NCBI RefSeq assembly: GCF_963676685.1
Contig: NC_092347.1
Location: forward strand, 2,728,001 to 2,792,000
Direction: 5' to 3'
Length of the DNA: 64,000 nucleotides
DNA from: Mytilus edulis
Taxonomy: Eukaryota
In this document: positions 13,190-29,100 of the stretch, in pieces
Position numbering within the stretch: position 1 is the stretch's first letter
Layout of the letters: every line of letters starts with the position of its first letter
Notes under the pieces: model-generated
What the model saw: only the letters and a program-made list of their open reading frames with translations
What the model was told of the DNA's origin: nothing
Database searches by the model: none
Made by a program: the position numbers and the translations under genes

Positions 13190-14745
13190 TACCAGGATTA
13201 TAATTTAGTACGCCAGACGCGCTTTTCGTCTACATACGACTCATCAGTGACGCTCATATCAAAATATTTATAAAGCCAAACTAGTACAAAGTTGAAGAGC
13301 ATTGAGGATCCAAAATTCCAAAAAGTTGTGCCAAATACGGCTAAGGTAATCTATGCCCGGGATAAGAAAATCCTTTTTTTCGAAAAATTCAAAGTTTTGT
13401 AAACAGGAAATTTATAAAATTGACAACATTATTGATATTCATGTCAAAGACAGGGCTTCGTCAGGTTAGATAACTATTTCACTTTTGAACAATAACCTTT
13501 TTGTCATTTCAGTAGTGTATTCACCACAAAAGAAATGAAGGACAAGCTTTTTTTCACAATGAATTATTTTTGTATTGAATGTATGTTATCTTACAATTAT
13601 ACTAAATTTGTTTACAAAGACTGTTATAATGTTTTACTTTTAGAGTTGCCCTATCATGATAATTATTAAACAGATAATGCGTTAACAGAATCTAGACGAA
13701 GAAGATATATATTTAATTAATTTTCAGTTTGAAATAAACTGAGAAAAGAACAAGGGGATGAGAAATCAAAACGATATATGGAATAAAACAAACACAACAC
13801 CATGAAAAACGACGAAAAGCCGATCGATTCATACTACACTACAGAAAAATAAATTTTGAGCAACACGAACAACATCCAAGGACGGATATGAATGATGTAA
13901 TGGTATAGAAATAAAGGAAAATCCAAAAATAAAGTTGTCCCAAGCTGCTTTGCAGGTAATACTTCACAGACTGCATTATGATGACGTCTTTATACTTTTA
14001 ATATTCATTTAAAGTTACTGTTTGATATATAAGGTTCAGAAAACAAAGGATTATAGACTTGATAGATATACAACTAAATAGTTCTAATTCGAATTTAGAC
14101 TGCATTTAATATTGTGACTGCGATTACTATTAGATTGATAATCGTTTTTCATGTATTATTGTTGTAGACATTCAACCGTGTAATACTCTTTTGAATGTTT
14201 TTACATTTTGCTTACATAAGATACTTTGAACGACAAAAATTATTCTTTATTTCTTCCTGTGTGACGTTCACATTCTGACGTCAAACACTCGCCACTACAC
14301 TAGAGTTGATGTTAATGCAGCCACGGCACTTCAAATATTGCAATCCTTTATGTGTTGATTTAAAATACATATATAAGTAAGCAATGAGTGTTGTTTTTAA
14401 ATTTGATAGATATTCTTTGTGCTTCTTTTTTAAATAATTGTATGTTTCTGTTCTAATTGAGGTTGGCTGTGACACAATGATGACTGCTGTACCCCTATTT
14501 TATAAATTTCCTGTTTACAAAACTTTGAATTTTTCGAAAAACTAAGGATTTTCTTACCCCCAGGAGTAGATTACCTTAGCCGTATTTGGCATAACTTTTT
14601 GGAATTTCGGGTGCTCAATGTTCTTCAACTTTGTATTTGTTTGGCTTTTTAACTGTTTTGATCTGAGCGTCACGGATGAGTCTTATGTAGACGAAAAGCG
14701 CGTCTGGCGTATTAAAATTATAATCCTGGTACCTTTGATAACTAA
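13190..14745. repeat. Two oppositely oriented copies of an interspersed repeat (13190-13445 +, 14497-14745 -)
   Basis: GTACCAGGATTATAATTT...GACTCATCAGTGACGCTC...GTAAACAGGAAATTTATAAAA and its reverse complement. A partial copy lies at 12150-12262. Confidence 0.85.
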
Positions 14746-16498
14746 TTAATCCACCATTTTCTACATTTGAAAAAACCATTACAAATTCAGGAATATGACA
14801 GTTGTTGTCCGTTCGTTTGATGTTTTATCATTTGATTTTGCAACTTGATTAGGGACTTTCCGCTTTGAATTTTCCTCGGAATTCAAGATTTTTGTTATTT
14901 TACTTTTTAGTAATAGGTTGAGATCATTGTTTAAACTTATTATACGCAATAGGTTGAGATCGTTGTTTTATATGCAACTCACTGACTGGTTGATGAATTG
15001 GGACATGTACATACGAATGTTGCGGGGTTCAACTTGTTACATGTAGCGGACGCACAAACCTCCCCTAACATGGGACAGTTGTGTAACAGTTCAAAATGAG
15101 AACAAATTTTAAAGATTAGTTGAAAAAGGCTTAATTCACTTGATGGATACAAATAGAAATACATCCAACAAAAATAATTACATCGGATGCATGTTTTATT
15201 GTAATACTTTATTTGATTGGCTAACATCAATCATTCTGAAATTAACATTCTTTTCGAAATGAATTGTAACATTGATGATGACACACATTTCCACAATAAA
15301 GTGCACAGGTAAATAAATGAAAAACTTAATTGTAATCGTGTTTTCGTGATCATAGCGAAAAAAAAAGGTAAATACAAGTATTGAATGCTTCTTTTAGTAA
15401 TTTCATAAGGTTGTAAAAGCGTTGATTGTGCGTACATTTTAAGAATGAAGCGCGTTAGAGCTTCATACAAAATGTACTTCGGTCAACGCTTGTACACCCA
15501 ATGAATTGACATAAAGAAGCATGCAATACTTGAATACAGATCAGACATGAAAGCTACTGTGTGATGCTTATTCCGAACACACCGAGTCTTCACTGCGGAA
15601 ATTGATATCATTTACGAAGTAGGAGCAACGGCTTGTAGTCTCTTATTATATATGTCATGTACTTACAGCCTTTATGGCAGTACATATCATAGAGCTAAAA
15701 ATGTATAACGCCATTTTATATATTTGGTAATCAAATTGAATTAGTATTGTTTTAATGCATTGGAATCTAAATTAAAAATAAAAATAACACCTAATAAATG
15801 TTTTGTACTCGCAGTTTTTTTCTGGATTTACTGTGGCCTTCACCAGGAAAGTCAAATGCCCTCAAAATAAAGGGAGGACGTATATGACAAAGAGGGACAT
15901 AAAGAGAATATTATATCATTTGTTATCGCATACAGTTTTTTTTTCTGACTGTTTTGGAATATCAACTTTTTATATTAATTATATCATAGTCATTTTAAAA
16001 CTCTTCTTGTATCCACTGGATTTTGTTTTAGAATGACATTGCAGTTCTAGACGTTATTGAAAACAATATCTCACGGACTCAAGATCATAAAAAGTTCTTA
16101 CAACTGGCTGGCAATGTCTAATCTGCGGCAAAACACAAACTTCTTCTTGTAGTTCAATAGGGGACATCCATCTAACTTTAAGGGGGTGGGTGTGGGTTAT
16201 GGTTTTCCAATTTGACGAAAAAAAAAATAATCCGGTCAAGCAGATGACAAAAATATTTATTCTAAATTCCAGATTTCCCCCATACTTTCTATTGTTTAAA
16301 AATATTAAAAAAAATTGGATTGAAAGTTTTGAAAAAAAACCCAACATATTAACCCCTCTCCCCCTTTAAGTCAGATGGTTGCTCCCTAATAGTACTTGGA
16401 TGAACAATAAATGTTACCCATTATAAGTGAACGACGATCAAATAGTACAGGACTGTAGCAAGATTAACCAAATAATTACTCCGTTGTAAAACTATTCA

Positions 16499-19400
16499 CT
16501 AAATCCTTTTTACCATACTAGGCGAGGCGGAAGTAACATGCCGAGCATTTATCATGATATCCGGTAAATGTGACGGAAGTTGTGAACCCGTAAACTTGCT
16601 CTTTTCTTCACAGTCCATTAACCACTGTACAATTCTTTGGTTTTTATTGACATTGTCACTTCTCATCGTCTGTAATACTTTTTGCGTCAGCTGCACTGGA
16701 TCATGAGGCTTGTGACTTGCGTCATTTTCTAAATCAGACAGTGTAACGTCAAAATTGTTTTTATTAATGTGAACGGTAGATGCTGTAAAATGACGTTCAT
16801 GTTGTCTGCGGATATCCAACATTTCGTTTATTATTATGTCATCATCCGAATCGTCCTCTTCTACTAATTCTGAAAACAGACAAGATGGATATTATGGTAA
16901 AAAAATCAGCGGGTGCCATAAGTTGACAAGAAAATTATATTTTTTTTGTGTTTTAAAACACTTTAGTTTACTAACCAGTTTTGTGCAAAAGGAGATCGTG
17001 CTACTTTTAAATAGTTAGTTTTGTACAATTTTTACATCAATAACTGTAACAAAACAATATAGAATTTTACGAACTTGGACACATTTCTTTTTATGATAAA
17101 AAATAAATTATGTTAAGGTATATTGCAAATATAATTTTGTCCGTTTTTATGCAACTATCATACAAGTAAGAGGTTTAGCTAGCTATTAAACCAGGTTCAA
17201 TCCAACATAATTAGAAAATGCATGTACCATGTCAGGAATATCACAGTTGTTATCAATTCGTTTGATGTGTTTGAGCTCTGATTTTACCATTTGATTAGGA
17301 CTTATATCTAGAACTTGACGATAAGGGTCGGTTTAAAAACAAAACTTTAAAACAAAAAAGATCGTATCAGCTTACCAATTGTGACCTTTTATTTTTTTTT
17401 ACCGGCTTTTTAATAACATCAGCAATGAGAAAATGCCTGTACCAAGTGATGAATATGATAGTGGTTATCCATTTGATGGAGCTTTTGATATTGCCATTTG
17501 ATTAGGGACTTCCCATTTGAAGTTTTCCTCGGAGTTAAGTATTTTCGTGATTTTATTTTTTACATATTTTTATCATTAATGGAAAATTAGGTTTTTTCGT
17601 GAACTTAAAATAACGATAAAGTCTAAGGAATTTCTTCATGCAGTTTTACGAAACTTGGACATCATTTTTTTCAAGAACAAAAGACAGCGGGTCATACTGA
17701 TAAACAGATCAAAATCTGGAATTTTTCTGTGTGTTACTGATAAAAGGACTTCGTTTTTTATCTGTTAATGTTTCCATACAGTCTGGGTTGGAAATGTATT
17801 CCAGCATTAATATCTTTGTCAAACATTCATGGAATGTGTTTGAAATTTGGATAGAGGATTCTTCCAATCTTCATCGATAAGACATATGTTTACCAACATA
17901 CCAAGCACTATGTAGACAGCGTTCCAAGCACAATGACAATATGTCGACAACATAACAAGCACTATGTAGACAACTTACCAAGCACACTGTCGACAACATA
18001 CCAAGCACTATATATATGTAGACAACATATCACGCACACTGTCGACACCATATCAAGCACTATAAAATTGAGAATGGAAATGGGGAATGTGTCAAAGAGA
18101 CAACAACCCGCCCAAATAAAAAACAACAGCAGAGGGTCACCAACAGGTCTTGTAGACAACTTACCAAGCACACTGTCGACAACATAACAAGCACTATGTA
18201 GACAACTTACCAAGCACACTGTCGACAACAAATTAAGCACTATGTAGACAACTTACCAAGCACACTGTCGACAACATATTAAGCACTATGTCGACAATTT
18301 ACCAAGCACACTGTCGACAACATAACAAGCACTATGTAGACAACTTACCATGCACACTGTCGACAACATATCAAGCACTATATATCTGTAGACAACATAT
18401 CAAGCACACTGTCGACACCATATCAAGCACTATGTAGACAACTTACCAAGCACACTGTCGACAACATAACAAGCACTATGTAGACAACTTACCATGCACA
18501 CTGTCGACAACATATCAAGCACTATGTAGACAACATATCAAGCACACTGTCGACACCATATCAAGCACTATGTAGACAACTTACCATGCACACCGTCGAC
18601 AACATACCAAGCACTATATTTATGTAGACAACTTACCATGCACACTGTCGACAATATAACAAGCACTATGTAGACAACTTACCATGCACACTGTCGACAA
18701 CATATCAAGCACTATGTAGACAACATATCAAGCACACTGTCGACACCATATCAAGCACTATGTAGACAACTTACCATGCACACTGTCGACACCATACCAA
18801 GCACTATATATATGTAGACAACTTACCATGCACACTGTCGACAATATAACAAGCACTATGTAGACAACTTACCAAGCCCACTGTCGACAACATAACAAGC
18901 ACTATGTAGACAACTTACCATGCACACTGTCGACACCATATCAAGCACTATGTAGACAACATATCAAGCACACTGTCGACACCATATCAAGCACTATGTA
19001 GACAACTTACCAAGCACACTGTCGACAACATAACAAGCACTAAGTAGACAACTTACCATGCACACTGTAGACAACTTACCAAGCCCACTGTCGACAACAT
19101 AACAAGCACTATGTAGACAACTTACCATGCACACTGTCGACAACATATCAAGCACTATATATATGTAGACAACAATTCAAGCACACTGTCGACACCATAT
19201 CAAGCACTATGTAGACAACTTACCAAGCACACTGTCGACAACATAACAAGCACTATGTAGACAACTTACCATGCACACTGTCGACAACATATCAAGCACT
19301 ATATATATGTAGACAACATATCAAGCACACTGTCGACACCATATCAAGCACTATGTCGACAACTTACCAAGCACACTGTAGACAACATATCAAGCACTAT

Positions 19401-20502
19401 GAAGATAGATCAGTCTCTGGACTGAGAGGGATAAGTTGATAAAACATGTAAATGATGCCAATTTGCTGACCCAGTGAATCATTCATAAACCAAATTTAAA
19501 TGTTATGGCACTAATGGTCTCCATAAACAGTTGAATGACATTTTTACATGTTGAATATATACATATATAAATATCTGCAGTTTTAATTTTGCTTTTGTGT
19601 TTATTTTCTTTATTCTATATTTTGTCATTTGTATAATCATTAAGAATTAATAATAATCATTGTAATAAATTGTTTGTAATTATACTGCTCTTTAAGGGCG
19701 TCCTTGATTGACAATAAAAATATTTTTGTTGTTGTTGTTTTTATAACTTACCAAGCACACTGTCGACAACATATCAAGCACACTGTCGTACTGACGCTTG
19801 TAAAGTAGACCAATGATTGTTCACAAAGTTGAAATTCAAAACTACCTCTGACAAGAATCCTTACTTTTTATTAATGACGAGATTAAACAGTGTATGTGTA
19901 AGAAATATTAAGAACTCTTTGTACCTCTATGGTCGTTTAGGAAATAATAATCATATTAGCTTCTGCAGCAATGCTGAAGAAATTTAACTTTTTTTTCAAA
20001 GTTAGTGATAAACGGGAAACTGAAATCAGAAATCAATTGATGTGACCTTAATTAGTGTATAAGACATACCTCTGTGATGATTCCAACATAATTTAGTGAG
20101 CGGTTTTTCGTTCGGGAGTGGAGTAGGACATCTCTTTGCAGAAAGTAATAGTTTTCCAGATCCTTCTCGTCTACTTGTTGCCGAACCCTTTTGTTTCATC
20201 TTGTACATCCCATTATTAGCATACATATCAGAGGTTTCATATGGTATTTGTGTTTTTCGACCTTTACCACTTGCATATCGTTCAAGCCTGGTACCCACTA
20301 CTGGTGTTCCCGGCCGACTTTGATCCTCCCTAAAAGGAGGACAGAGATCATGTCTAACAACTCGGCGCTGAATCTTTTCTTTTTCCTTAGTGGTGCGCGA
20401 ATCATGTCTTTTTCTTAAAGAGGGGAGAATGTCTTCGGAAGTTTGGTAAACAAATCCTCGTCTTATTTTCCCAGGAATTCTTTCAAGGGAGGATTGAAAC
20501 AT
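16499..20502 (-). CDS. Uncharacterised two-exon protein (about 267 aa, basic N-half, acidic linker, probably disordered)
   Basis: Exon 1 20502-20070 ends AGAG|gtatgt (phase 1). Exon 2 16869-16499 starts ttttcag|AA and reads in frame ELVEEDDSDDDIIINEMLDIRR...NQRIVQWLMDCEEK...KRI*. It joins two long ORFs. No domain recognised. Confidence 0.75.
17890..19400. repeat. Intronic minisatellite, about 23-bp monomer in about 46-bp A/B dimers (TGTAGACAACTTACCAAGCACAC / TGTCGACAACATATCAAGCACTA)
   Basis: About 1.5 kb of alternating variants, interrupted at about 18062-18150 by a fragment of an interspersed repeat. Orphan units at about 19745-19790. Confidence 0.95.
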
Positions 20503-23175
20503 TGCTAACTTTTCAATATCGTTTCAATAATATCGATTTTGTTCCCTTCATGGAATTATTAACACAAATCTTTATCACGTAATTTTTTTAACTCTTCCTG
20601 AGTTCACTTGTTATTTTTTTTCTAAGTAATCTTGTATCCGCAAATAAACAACATTTTGATTGTGAACAAGTTTCTATTTAAGGTGTTGTATTCGTGTCTT
20701 CCATTCTACTATTGTGGCTGTGCAATAATACAAATTAATCCCAGTTACAGTATGTTTAAATCACGTACTAAACTCTTATATACCGAGATTAGACGTACCA
20801 AAATGCTACATTATGTTTTATATTAATTTAAGGTTTAATCTAGGATTAACTTAGTGTATTATATGCACAAAACAACACATGGTAGAAATTTCAGCTGACC
20901 TGCTCAAATAAGTTCATTGAAATTGGATATTTGCCGATAAAAAATCTGTGCAGACAACTCTGAACAGAGCGTGCGGTCTCTTCACCAAAGTTGGACATAG
21001 AATTGAAAACGAGAAAATAAAAAACACAAACAGATTACATCTAAATTGTCTATCATGGTTAAATAAAGCTTGTTCATTTTTGCTTTCCTTTGATGTTTAT
21101 GTATCATTGTCAGATTCTTGTGTAAACTATGTAAGAGATTTTGAGAAAAAAAACTTAAAGTGGAACTTTATAACATCCAGGTTGATAAGAGTGAAATGTT
21201 ATGACATAACCATGAAATACACTCATTTTTGTTTTTAAGAAGCACGCTTTATTGATCCTACAAATTCGATGGTGTATGTGCCATGCATCAAATATTTGCC
21301 GCCTGACGTTCTGTAAAAAAACAACAACCATAAGTCGTTGTGTTCATTAAAATAATGTTTCAAATGCTTACTTAATTATCTATGAACATCACAGTCAAAC
21401 TTGTATATTTTAATAAACACCTATTCCATTCTACGTCTGTATTGTTCCACTGCATGGTGACAGTTTAAAGTGTTGTTACCTCGACATTTAGTAGTTAATA
21501 TACGTACCAGTTTTAAAGTACCTACTAAGTGTTTTAATAAATACTATAGATATCGGTATTTCATTTAAATATCTCATATCACTTGGGAATTTAATTTTTC
21601 TGATTTTTTTATTCATAAATTAAATATATGATATTTCCATAATATATGACTTTTTCAAGTCTTAAAATGGAAATAAAAATTATCTAACCGTAGAGTATCT
21701 AGCTGTCTCTGTATCCACAAGACAACGGTATGCTTTGAACATGGTTTTACATTGTGCAAGATCAATGTAAACTTTGAATATTTCATAAATATTTTGCACA
21801 GAAATTCATATCAGCTTTGACTGCATAAATGGAGGTTTCTTGCATTAAATAATAATGTGCTTTCTATTGTAAGTCTTACATGTCAGATGTATTTTTACAT
21901 GCATAAAATACGAATTTTCAATAAGCTATGAGAGATCCTTCACCGAAGACTGATCGACCAATTAATATTAATTTTTTTTATTCGAAACCGTATAGAATGG
22001 TCTCACTGACAATCATACAACATCTTCTTATCTTTATTTTTATCTAATATCTTCTCCGGGCCTAATGACTTAGCCTTTTTATCGAAACAATGTACGTTTA
22101 TAAATAACTAAGGAGTAGTACTTCATCGGAACAAAAAATAATATTACAGGATAGAACGATTGTCAATGGGCGTCTTTTGTTTAAAATGTCCAGTGGCAAA
22201 TATCACATGCATTTAAGTATGAAAACATGTTATGTGGTATTTATATAGACACCGCTTGTCAGTCTTGGCCTAAACATCGAGCTTCTTTATTTTTTTGTTC
22301 TTTAACATGCTTTAAAAACAGATTTTGTTCTCCGTATTAGATTTATAATAAGTCGATGTAATTTCTTTTCTAAGGAGTTAAAAGGCTGCTTAAAATTGTC
22401 ATGTTTTTTTCAAGTTCAATGGTCTAAACATTTCGTAGAACAGTGGCCTATATTCTGACCTTGGTTTATAAAGCTAAATAAATGAGTCACTGAATTGGAA
22501 ACGAATGAGTTTTACAGGATGCATAAAATAAAAGATTTGAGTTTTTCCTTTTTACATCGTTAACTTATAATTGTAAGATATATATTTTTTTTTCTCCGAA
22601 GGTGTGAATATCATTATATCTGATGTTACAAATATGTGAGCATTTGGTAGTGAAAATGTAAGATTTGCAAATATATATTTGCGGGATCTTATTTCAGGTT
22701 GAAAAACTGCGGTCGTAAGGAAAGTAATCATTTACACGCCAAGTTAAATGTCCGATGTTATTCTGATCCCGGCTTTGTGTATACAACAAATAATTATGAA
22801 ATAGGGTAAATATTAATGCCCACACAAAATCAATATTAAATGGACAGAATAAAATCAAAATGTAAAAACATGTATAAAAATGACAACGAAGTCGGATAAT
22901 ATACATAGACTAGTAAGTCCTTTTTTCAAATGATTTTCGAACAATTATATTCCACAATGTCACACATACAACATTTAACTGAATCAGATATAGATATTTG
23001 ATCGTCTGTTTTTAAAATTTCCATTTATATCTGTTTAATGGCTTGATATATTTATGTTATTGCTAATCATTTCTTTTAAAAATATAGCTATAAATCTTAC
23101 TGTCAAGGGGAGATAAACGATATTTTGTTTGTTACTTGTATTTTCTTTTATTAGGAGATTTTGTAGACTTTAAAT

Positions 23176-26100
23176 ATGTATAACAGCTATAAACTGAGAG
23201 CAGAATAAAAAAGGAAAAAACCAATTTTCCTCTTTTTTCACTCTTAATTCTGACAAGTGCAATTAGAGGCCAAATTCGGACCAGAACGTAATAAATTTAT
23301 TCTATAACCCATGTATTAGAGAAAAAATCATGAAAAACAAAGACAATTCTGTTATATTAGTATTTATTTGTTACATTTCAAAATAAATTTATACTGAAAT
23401 CTACACTTAGCTGTCCATTTTCAGTCAACTCTCTGTAAAGGATTCAACATAGAATAAATTTATTCTAAATGCATGGTGCTTTCGGTATATGATCATTTAT
23501 AAAATAAATTTATTTTATAGAGCCATAATATCTATTATTAGTTCGAGAAAATCATAGAATAAATTTATTATACATTCAATGTCATTTATGATTATAACAA
23601 TATTTAAAATAAATTTATTTTGAAAGTCCAATAATCTGTATGGTGAGGCTGAGACACACAATACATTTATTCTACATTCAATGCGATTTCGGATTATAAT
23701 AAAATATAAAATAAATTTATTTTGAAGTAAAGTTATCTGTATGGTGAGGCTGTGACACAGAATAAATTAATTCTATTTGAATGCGATTTCGGGTTATAAT
23801 AAAATATAAAATAAATTTATTTTGACGTAAAGTTATCTGTATGGTGAGGCTATGACACAGAATAAATTTATTCTATTTGAATGCGATTTCGGATTATAAT
23901 AAAATATCAAATAAATTTATTTTGAAGTAAAGTAATCTGTATGGTGAGGCTGTGACACAGAATAAATTAATTCTAGTTTCAATGCGATTTCGGATTATAA
24001 TAAAATATAAAATAAATTTATTTTGAGTTAAGTTATCTGTATGGTGAGGCTGAGACACAGAATAAATTTATTCTACATTCAATATGAATTTTGTTCATAT
24101 AAAAATAATCTTAAAAGTATTACATGATACAAAATTAAAATAATTTAAAAGAAAATTCCAACGGTCTTATTTATTACAGACAAACTGAGAGACAACTTGA
24201 AGCTTCGTTATAATGCATCTGGTACTAATCGTTTAGTAATCTGATCTTTTAGGGACATGCAGATCTGTAGCTGGAATTATTCATCTTCAAACTCTTCTGA
24301 CCTTTTCAAACAATCATCTTTGTAAATGTAATATTCCCAAATACATGTTTCCATTATTCCGTTCAACCAAAGCTATCTGAAAGATCAAATAAAAAAATGC
24401 AGTTCATACAAAAAAAAAGAAAAATGTGTCTATGGGCTACAAATGATCCTGCTCGTAAATGTGCACGTGTCAACTTCCACATTCAGATACATGTACAGGA
24501 TTCAAGTAGTGAAGACAGTTTTGTGATTTTAACATTCGGTTGAGGCAAACTTAAGTTAGAGAACAGAAACATCCAGCATTGTTTATGGTTATAAATGGGC
24601 ATAACCCAAGATGGTAAAAGTCTTGCAACATCTTACATTAACCTTGTCAAAAACGAATTGTAACTTGTAAAGTAAGCAAATGTTTCAGAGAGATGTACAA
24701 GGACTGAAGGAGCAGCCGGATCTGATCGCCGTATAGATAAGATGTGCAAATGATTGTACAACTGAACATCACATATCAGGCCCTCGCTCTAAAATTCATA
24801 ATATATTCCTTTTCATAGAGTAACCGATACATTGCACGCATTCTTAAAATAATGAATTTTAAATCACTAATAACAATTATATTTAAATTAACACTTTCAA
24901 AATCTTTAGCAATGAGATAAGAAAGAACACTTTTTATAAAACAACAATTATGAATCTTAATTTCAGCATTCTAAGATACTTCTTTTCTTTTTTTTTTTAC
25001 CTCTAAAGATTTTCCTCAAAATGTATCCTTCACTAATGTTCTCTGTGGTTGTAGTAATTTCTGCCATTTTGTCTGCCTTCTAAACTTTTGTGTTTCTTTA
25101 AAAAAAAAATCCTTTTGATAGAAGTGTCTGGTGACCTATAAAGAACAGCGTATTATATTTTGACTGAAATGGTCATGTTATCCATGAAGATGCAGACTTT
25201 TTGTCAATTATTCTGTGTGCCAAACAGATTGCATAAGAGTGTGAGTACAGTTCTTTAGGTACTTATGAAAATGTTCAAAACTATATTTTTTTTTACATAA
25301 TATAATCTCTTGCTCGTTTATTCGTTTTTCGCAATGGTGTGTTATTTTTTCATAGACTTATGAGTATAAATATGATCCTTTGGATTCAGTGGCGGACCCA
25401 GTTAGGGTTCTGTGCTTTGAACACCCTTTTTTTTTTACGATCATTGGTTTTAAATTGGAACAAATGTTTAGAACCCTCTTTTAAAAATGACTGGTCCCGC
25501 CCCTGGGTATCTTTCACTTTTTGCTAAAATAATAGGTACATTTTCCATCCTTCTATGAAACAATTTCATAGCTAGTGTGTCCTAACAGCTGTTCTAAGAC
25601 TAAGCGTAAAGAAAGTTAACTTTTTAATTTTTTAAATGTTTAAAAATTACTTCAACTTTCACCAGTAGGAAATAATAATGAGATTACCAATTAGAAACAT
25701 TATTAATATCATAATAATTAAACTTAAGATAATAAATAATATTTATCTAATAATTTTACGTTCAAACTTATGTTCGCATGTTTTCAGATACCATCTCCAA
25801 TATAAAAAAAATCACATCATGAAAAAATTAACTTGTTATGTGTTCCTCTTCTACTAGCTTCAAAATGTATCCAAAATCAAGAATGTGGAACATACTCTAT
25901 CTGACATAATCATTTAGTAACTGATGCAATTAGTGTCTCGAGCTCTTTTATTCCCGTCTTGAACATAAAAAACTAAATATAAAATAAACAACTCTGCTAA
26001 TGCTCAGGTTGGTTGTCATATCATGAAACATAGTTAATAATATAGAAACCAATGGGGATAACAAAGAACTTCTTTAGTCATACAAAACACAGTCAAAAAC

Positions 26101-29100
26101 CCAAACATACTATCCACACTGATCTGTGTCCACACTTGTAGTATATAAATTTATCTTTGTGATATAACAAATTGTCAGAGTAGTAAAGTCAAATTTAGTT
26201 ATAGCATTAAGCTTTGCTTCATGATACACCTCTTTCTTTAATGATATGATTATCGTTATCATAATCAGTTTTGGAGTTCCATAAATGTTTTATTCCAAAT
26301 TGTACTTGTTTATTATGGAGTGATCGATATTATTCTTATGCAGTGCTATCGTAAAAAAATATGCAAATTGATTCGCAGATGCGGATCGATCGAGGATTTG
26401 AAAAGGGACATAAGCAGAGACTTATTAAACGTCTAGTATGCATTAAGCATGTATGTCGGGTATCCACGAGGGGACCCCAGTATCCTTGACCCCCACCCCT
26501 CACCCCACCTCTAGTAAACTGAGCAAAACTAACCTCCAATTTCTTGAACTGTGATGAATGTTTCATAATCGAAACTGGAAAACTATCCCGTCTATGTTTA
26601 ACTTGTCTTTCCTCCTTTTGATGTCCACTGTCTGTCATCTTCGTTGCACGTACATAGAGAGAAATACCAAGTGATCATATTATACAAAATTACAGATCAG
26701 TGTCATATAAACTGGTCCGCCGTTCCATCTATACAATGTAGCTTCGCACCGTCAGTGTAGCGATAAGTGAACACAACAGGGGTCCAGTTTAAGTGTCCTG
26801 CGTCTTGTCATTAATTATCTTGTGTTTCCATTTGAAGACTTCTCGGCATGTGGTAACACTATGGGCCTACAATCAACGTACGCGTGCATTACATAAAATT
26901 GATAAGGCTTTTAAGCCGCGTTTGTTGTAATTAGTAATAATTATTTTACAACTTCTGATAGATATGCGGCACTTGTTTGCTAACATACATTAAACAAATC
27001 GAAGGTTGTAAATTATTTGAATCTGTGTCATTTCATAGAGGTTTTTAATGTATGGTCATTTTATATCTTTCAAATAAAATAATATGCTAAACAAAAATGG
27101 ACAACTACAAAATTATAATGGTCTGGATGGATGGTCCATCGATTTTGTATTCTTTTAATTTTTAAAACATTTTTTCTATTCTTTATAATTTTGCTCATTA
27201 TTCTCTATTTGATCATCCTTTTATTTTCTATTCTTTATATTTTTTTGTATATGCTATATGTTTTGTCCTTTATTCTGCGTTTCCCAGTCGCGTGATTTGA
27301 TATTCTGTCAACTCCAACAAGACCCTCAAGTATTATTACCGATAAAATAGGCGTTTGAGAATGTGTATCATTTTGTCTTATTCTTTCTTTTATTTGTTTT
27401 AAAAGATTGGAAAGTAGGTATATATATATGTATGGGTGTTGCTGAATTTATGGACACTTAATGGTGACTTGGGAATAGAATTGTCTTCATCCGCCAAAAT
27501 AGAAAAAAATGTAAAACCCGTATAAAAAGTTTACCGAACTTCATCCTGGTCTACCCTTAATTTATTACAGGTATTCCCCATGCATGGTAATACGTATGTA
27601 TTGTTTTAAAATAGCTTTTCGTTCCGTGCATGCATGCATGAACTATTTGACACTGCACGTTCTCAGTCTGCAACCACCAATCTGTCAATCAATCGATTTT
27701 ATAGAAAAGATGTATCATATCTTACATCAAAACAATGTATAACGCCACCCGTTCATCTTTTTCTACAAAATGATATATGTGCAGATCACACTGCTGACAT
27801 TACTAGACCACATATATGACACTTCGTCTATACCTGAGGATGTGGATGGGGGTTTACAGAATAGAGAATAATGAACAAAAAATAGAAATAATAGTATCGG
27901 AAGTATTGGAACAGAATATAAACAAACAGGAACATAAATTGTACGGCTTCTAATTATAAATGATTACAGTTCAAACACAGCTGCATCATACATTAAAGTT
28001 AACGGTCAGTCAGACAGTCTGCTAAAGTTCACGAAAACAATAAATCTACAAATACTTAACACTCTAGGCCAAGGCAAATTAAATACCGATCTTAGATAAG
28101 AAATAAATGTGCAAGTTTCACCCTATGACAGTTTTTAGATAAAAAAAAAAAGACGATTTTTAAGTTTGCTGAACACATGTTTAGGCTAAAATTACGTGCA
28201 TATTCAGGACTTGAACAAAATAACAATAAATCCAGTAGATATAGGTTCGTAATGGAATGTCTTCATTGACTTTGTCTTGTGTAAAAAGCTCTTTTGAAAT
28301 CCCCGCGGGTTTAAGCAACATTGAAGTAAGTGCTTTGGTACTTTCATAGTTTATATATTTTTTAAGTTAATTCGCCATTTATTATTTTATTATTTACATG
28401 TGAAACAATAACCCGGATAAATCATTCCAAAAACATGATAGTGCTTACATTTTATAAGAGGATAACGAAATTAGAGAATTATATTTATTTAGATTGATAT
28501 CCATGATGGAGCAAAGTTTCAACCACTTTTTTATGTCCCTTTTTACCATAAGATACTCGCGTCATTATTTATATAAAGAATGATGAGGATGACGATAATA
28601 ACGATGTATGATGTCCAGTGGTAACTATTACATACATACACCCAGAATGACAACATGCTTTATGTTATTAACACGTTTTGTACTAGACAAACTGAGTCAG
28701 ATGTTTTGACGCATTTTTCAGCAGATACAAATAACTTTGTAAGAAGACGTGCCAAGACGCATTATTCTAACTTCAATCGTACCAGTATTCAAATGCTTTC
28801 ATTACTTATAAACGAATGTTTTCTTAACCTTCATTATTTGTTTGATAAGAGCAATGTTACAGTAATATCATGGAAAAACCATTTTTACGGAAAGCTGGAA
28901 CACTGAGAAGCTAAGTCAACAGTGTAGTATTCCGGACGTCAACACCAAAAAACAGCATGCAAATATATATATGGGGGGTAAGTATACCATTATTTACACA
29001 TCAGACTGTACTAGTTATATCATAACTTTGAATACACCAAACTAAGTACTTCATATCTGAGTAACAGGCAATGTACGTCCTCAATTTTATAGAACTAATT

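Noticed and set aside
17890-19400. Repetitive coding region (ORFs 17933-18187 and 17962-18240)
   Set aside because: Intronic minisatellite with frequent stops and a monomer length that is not a multiple of 3.
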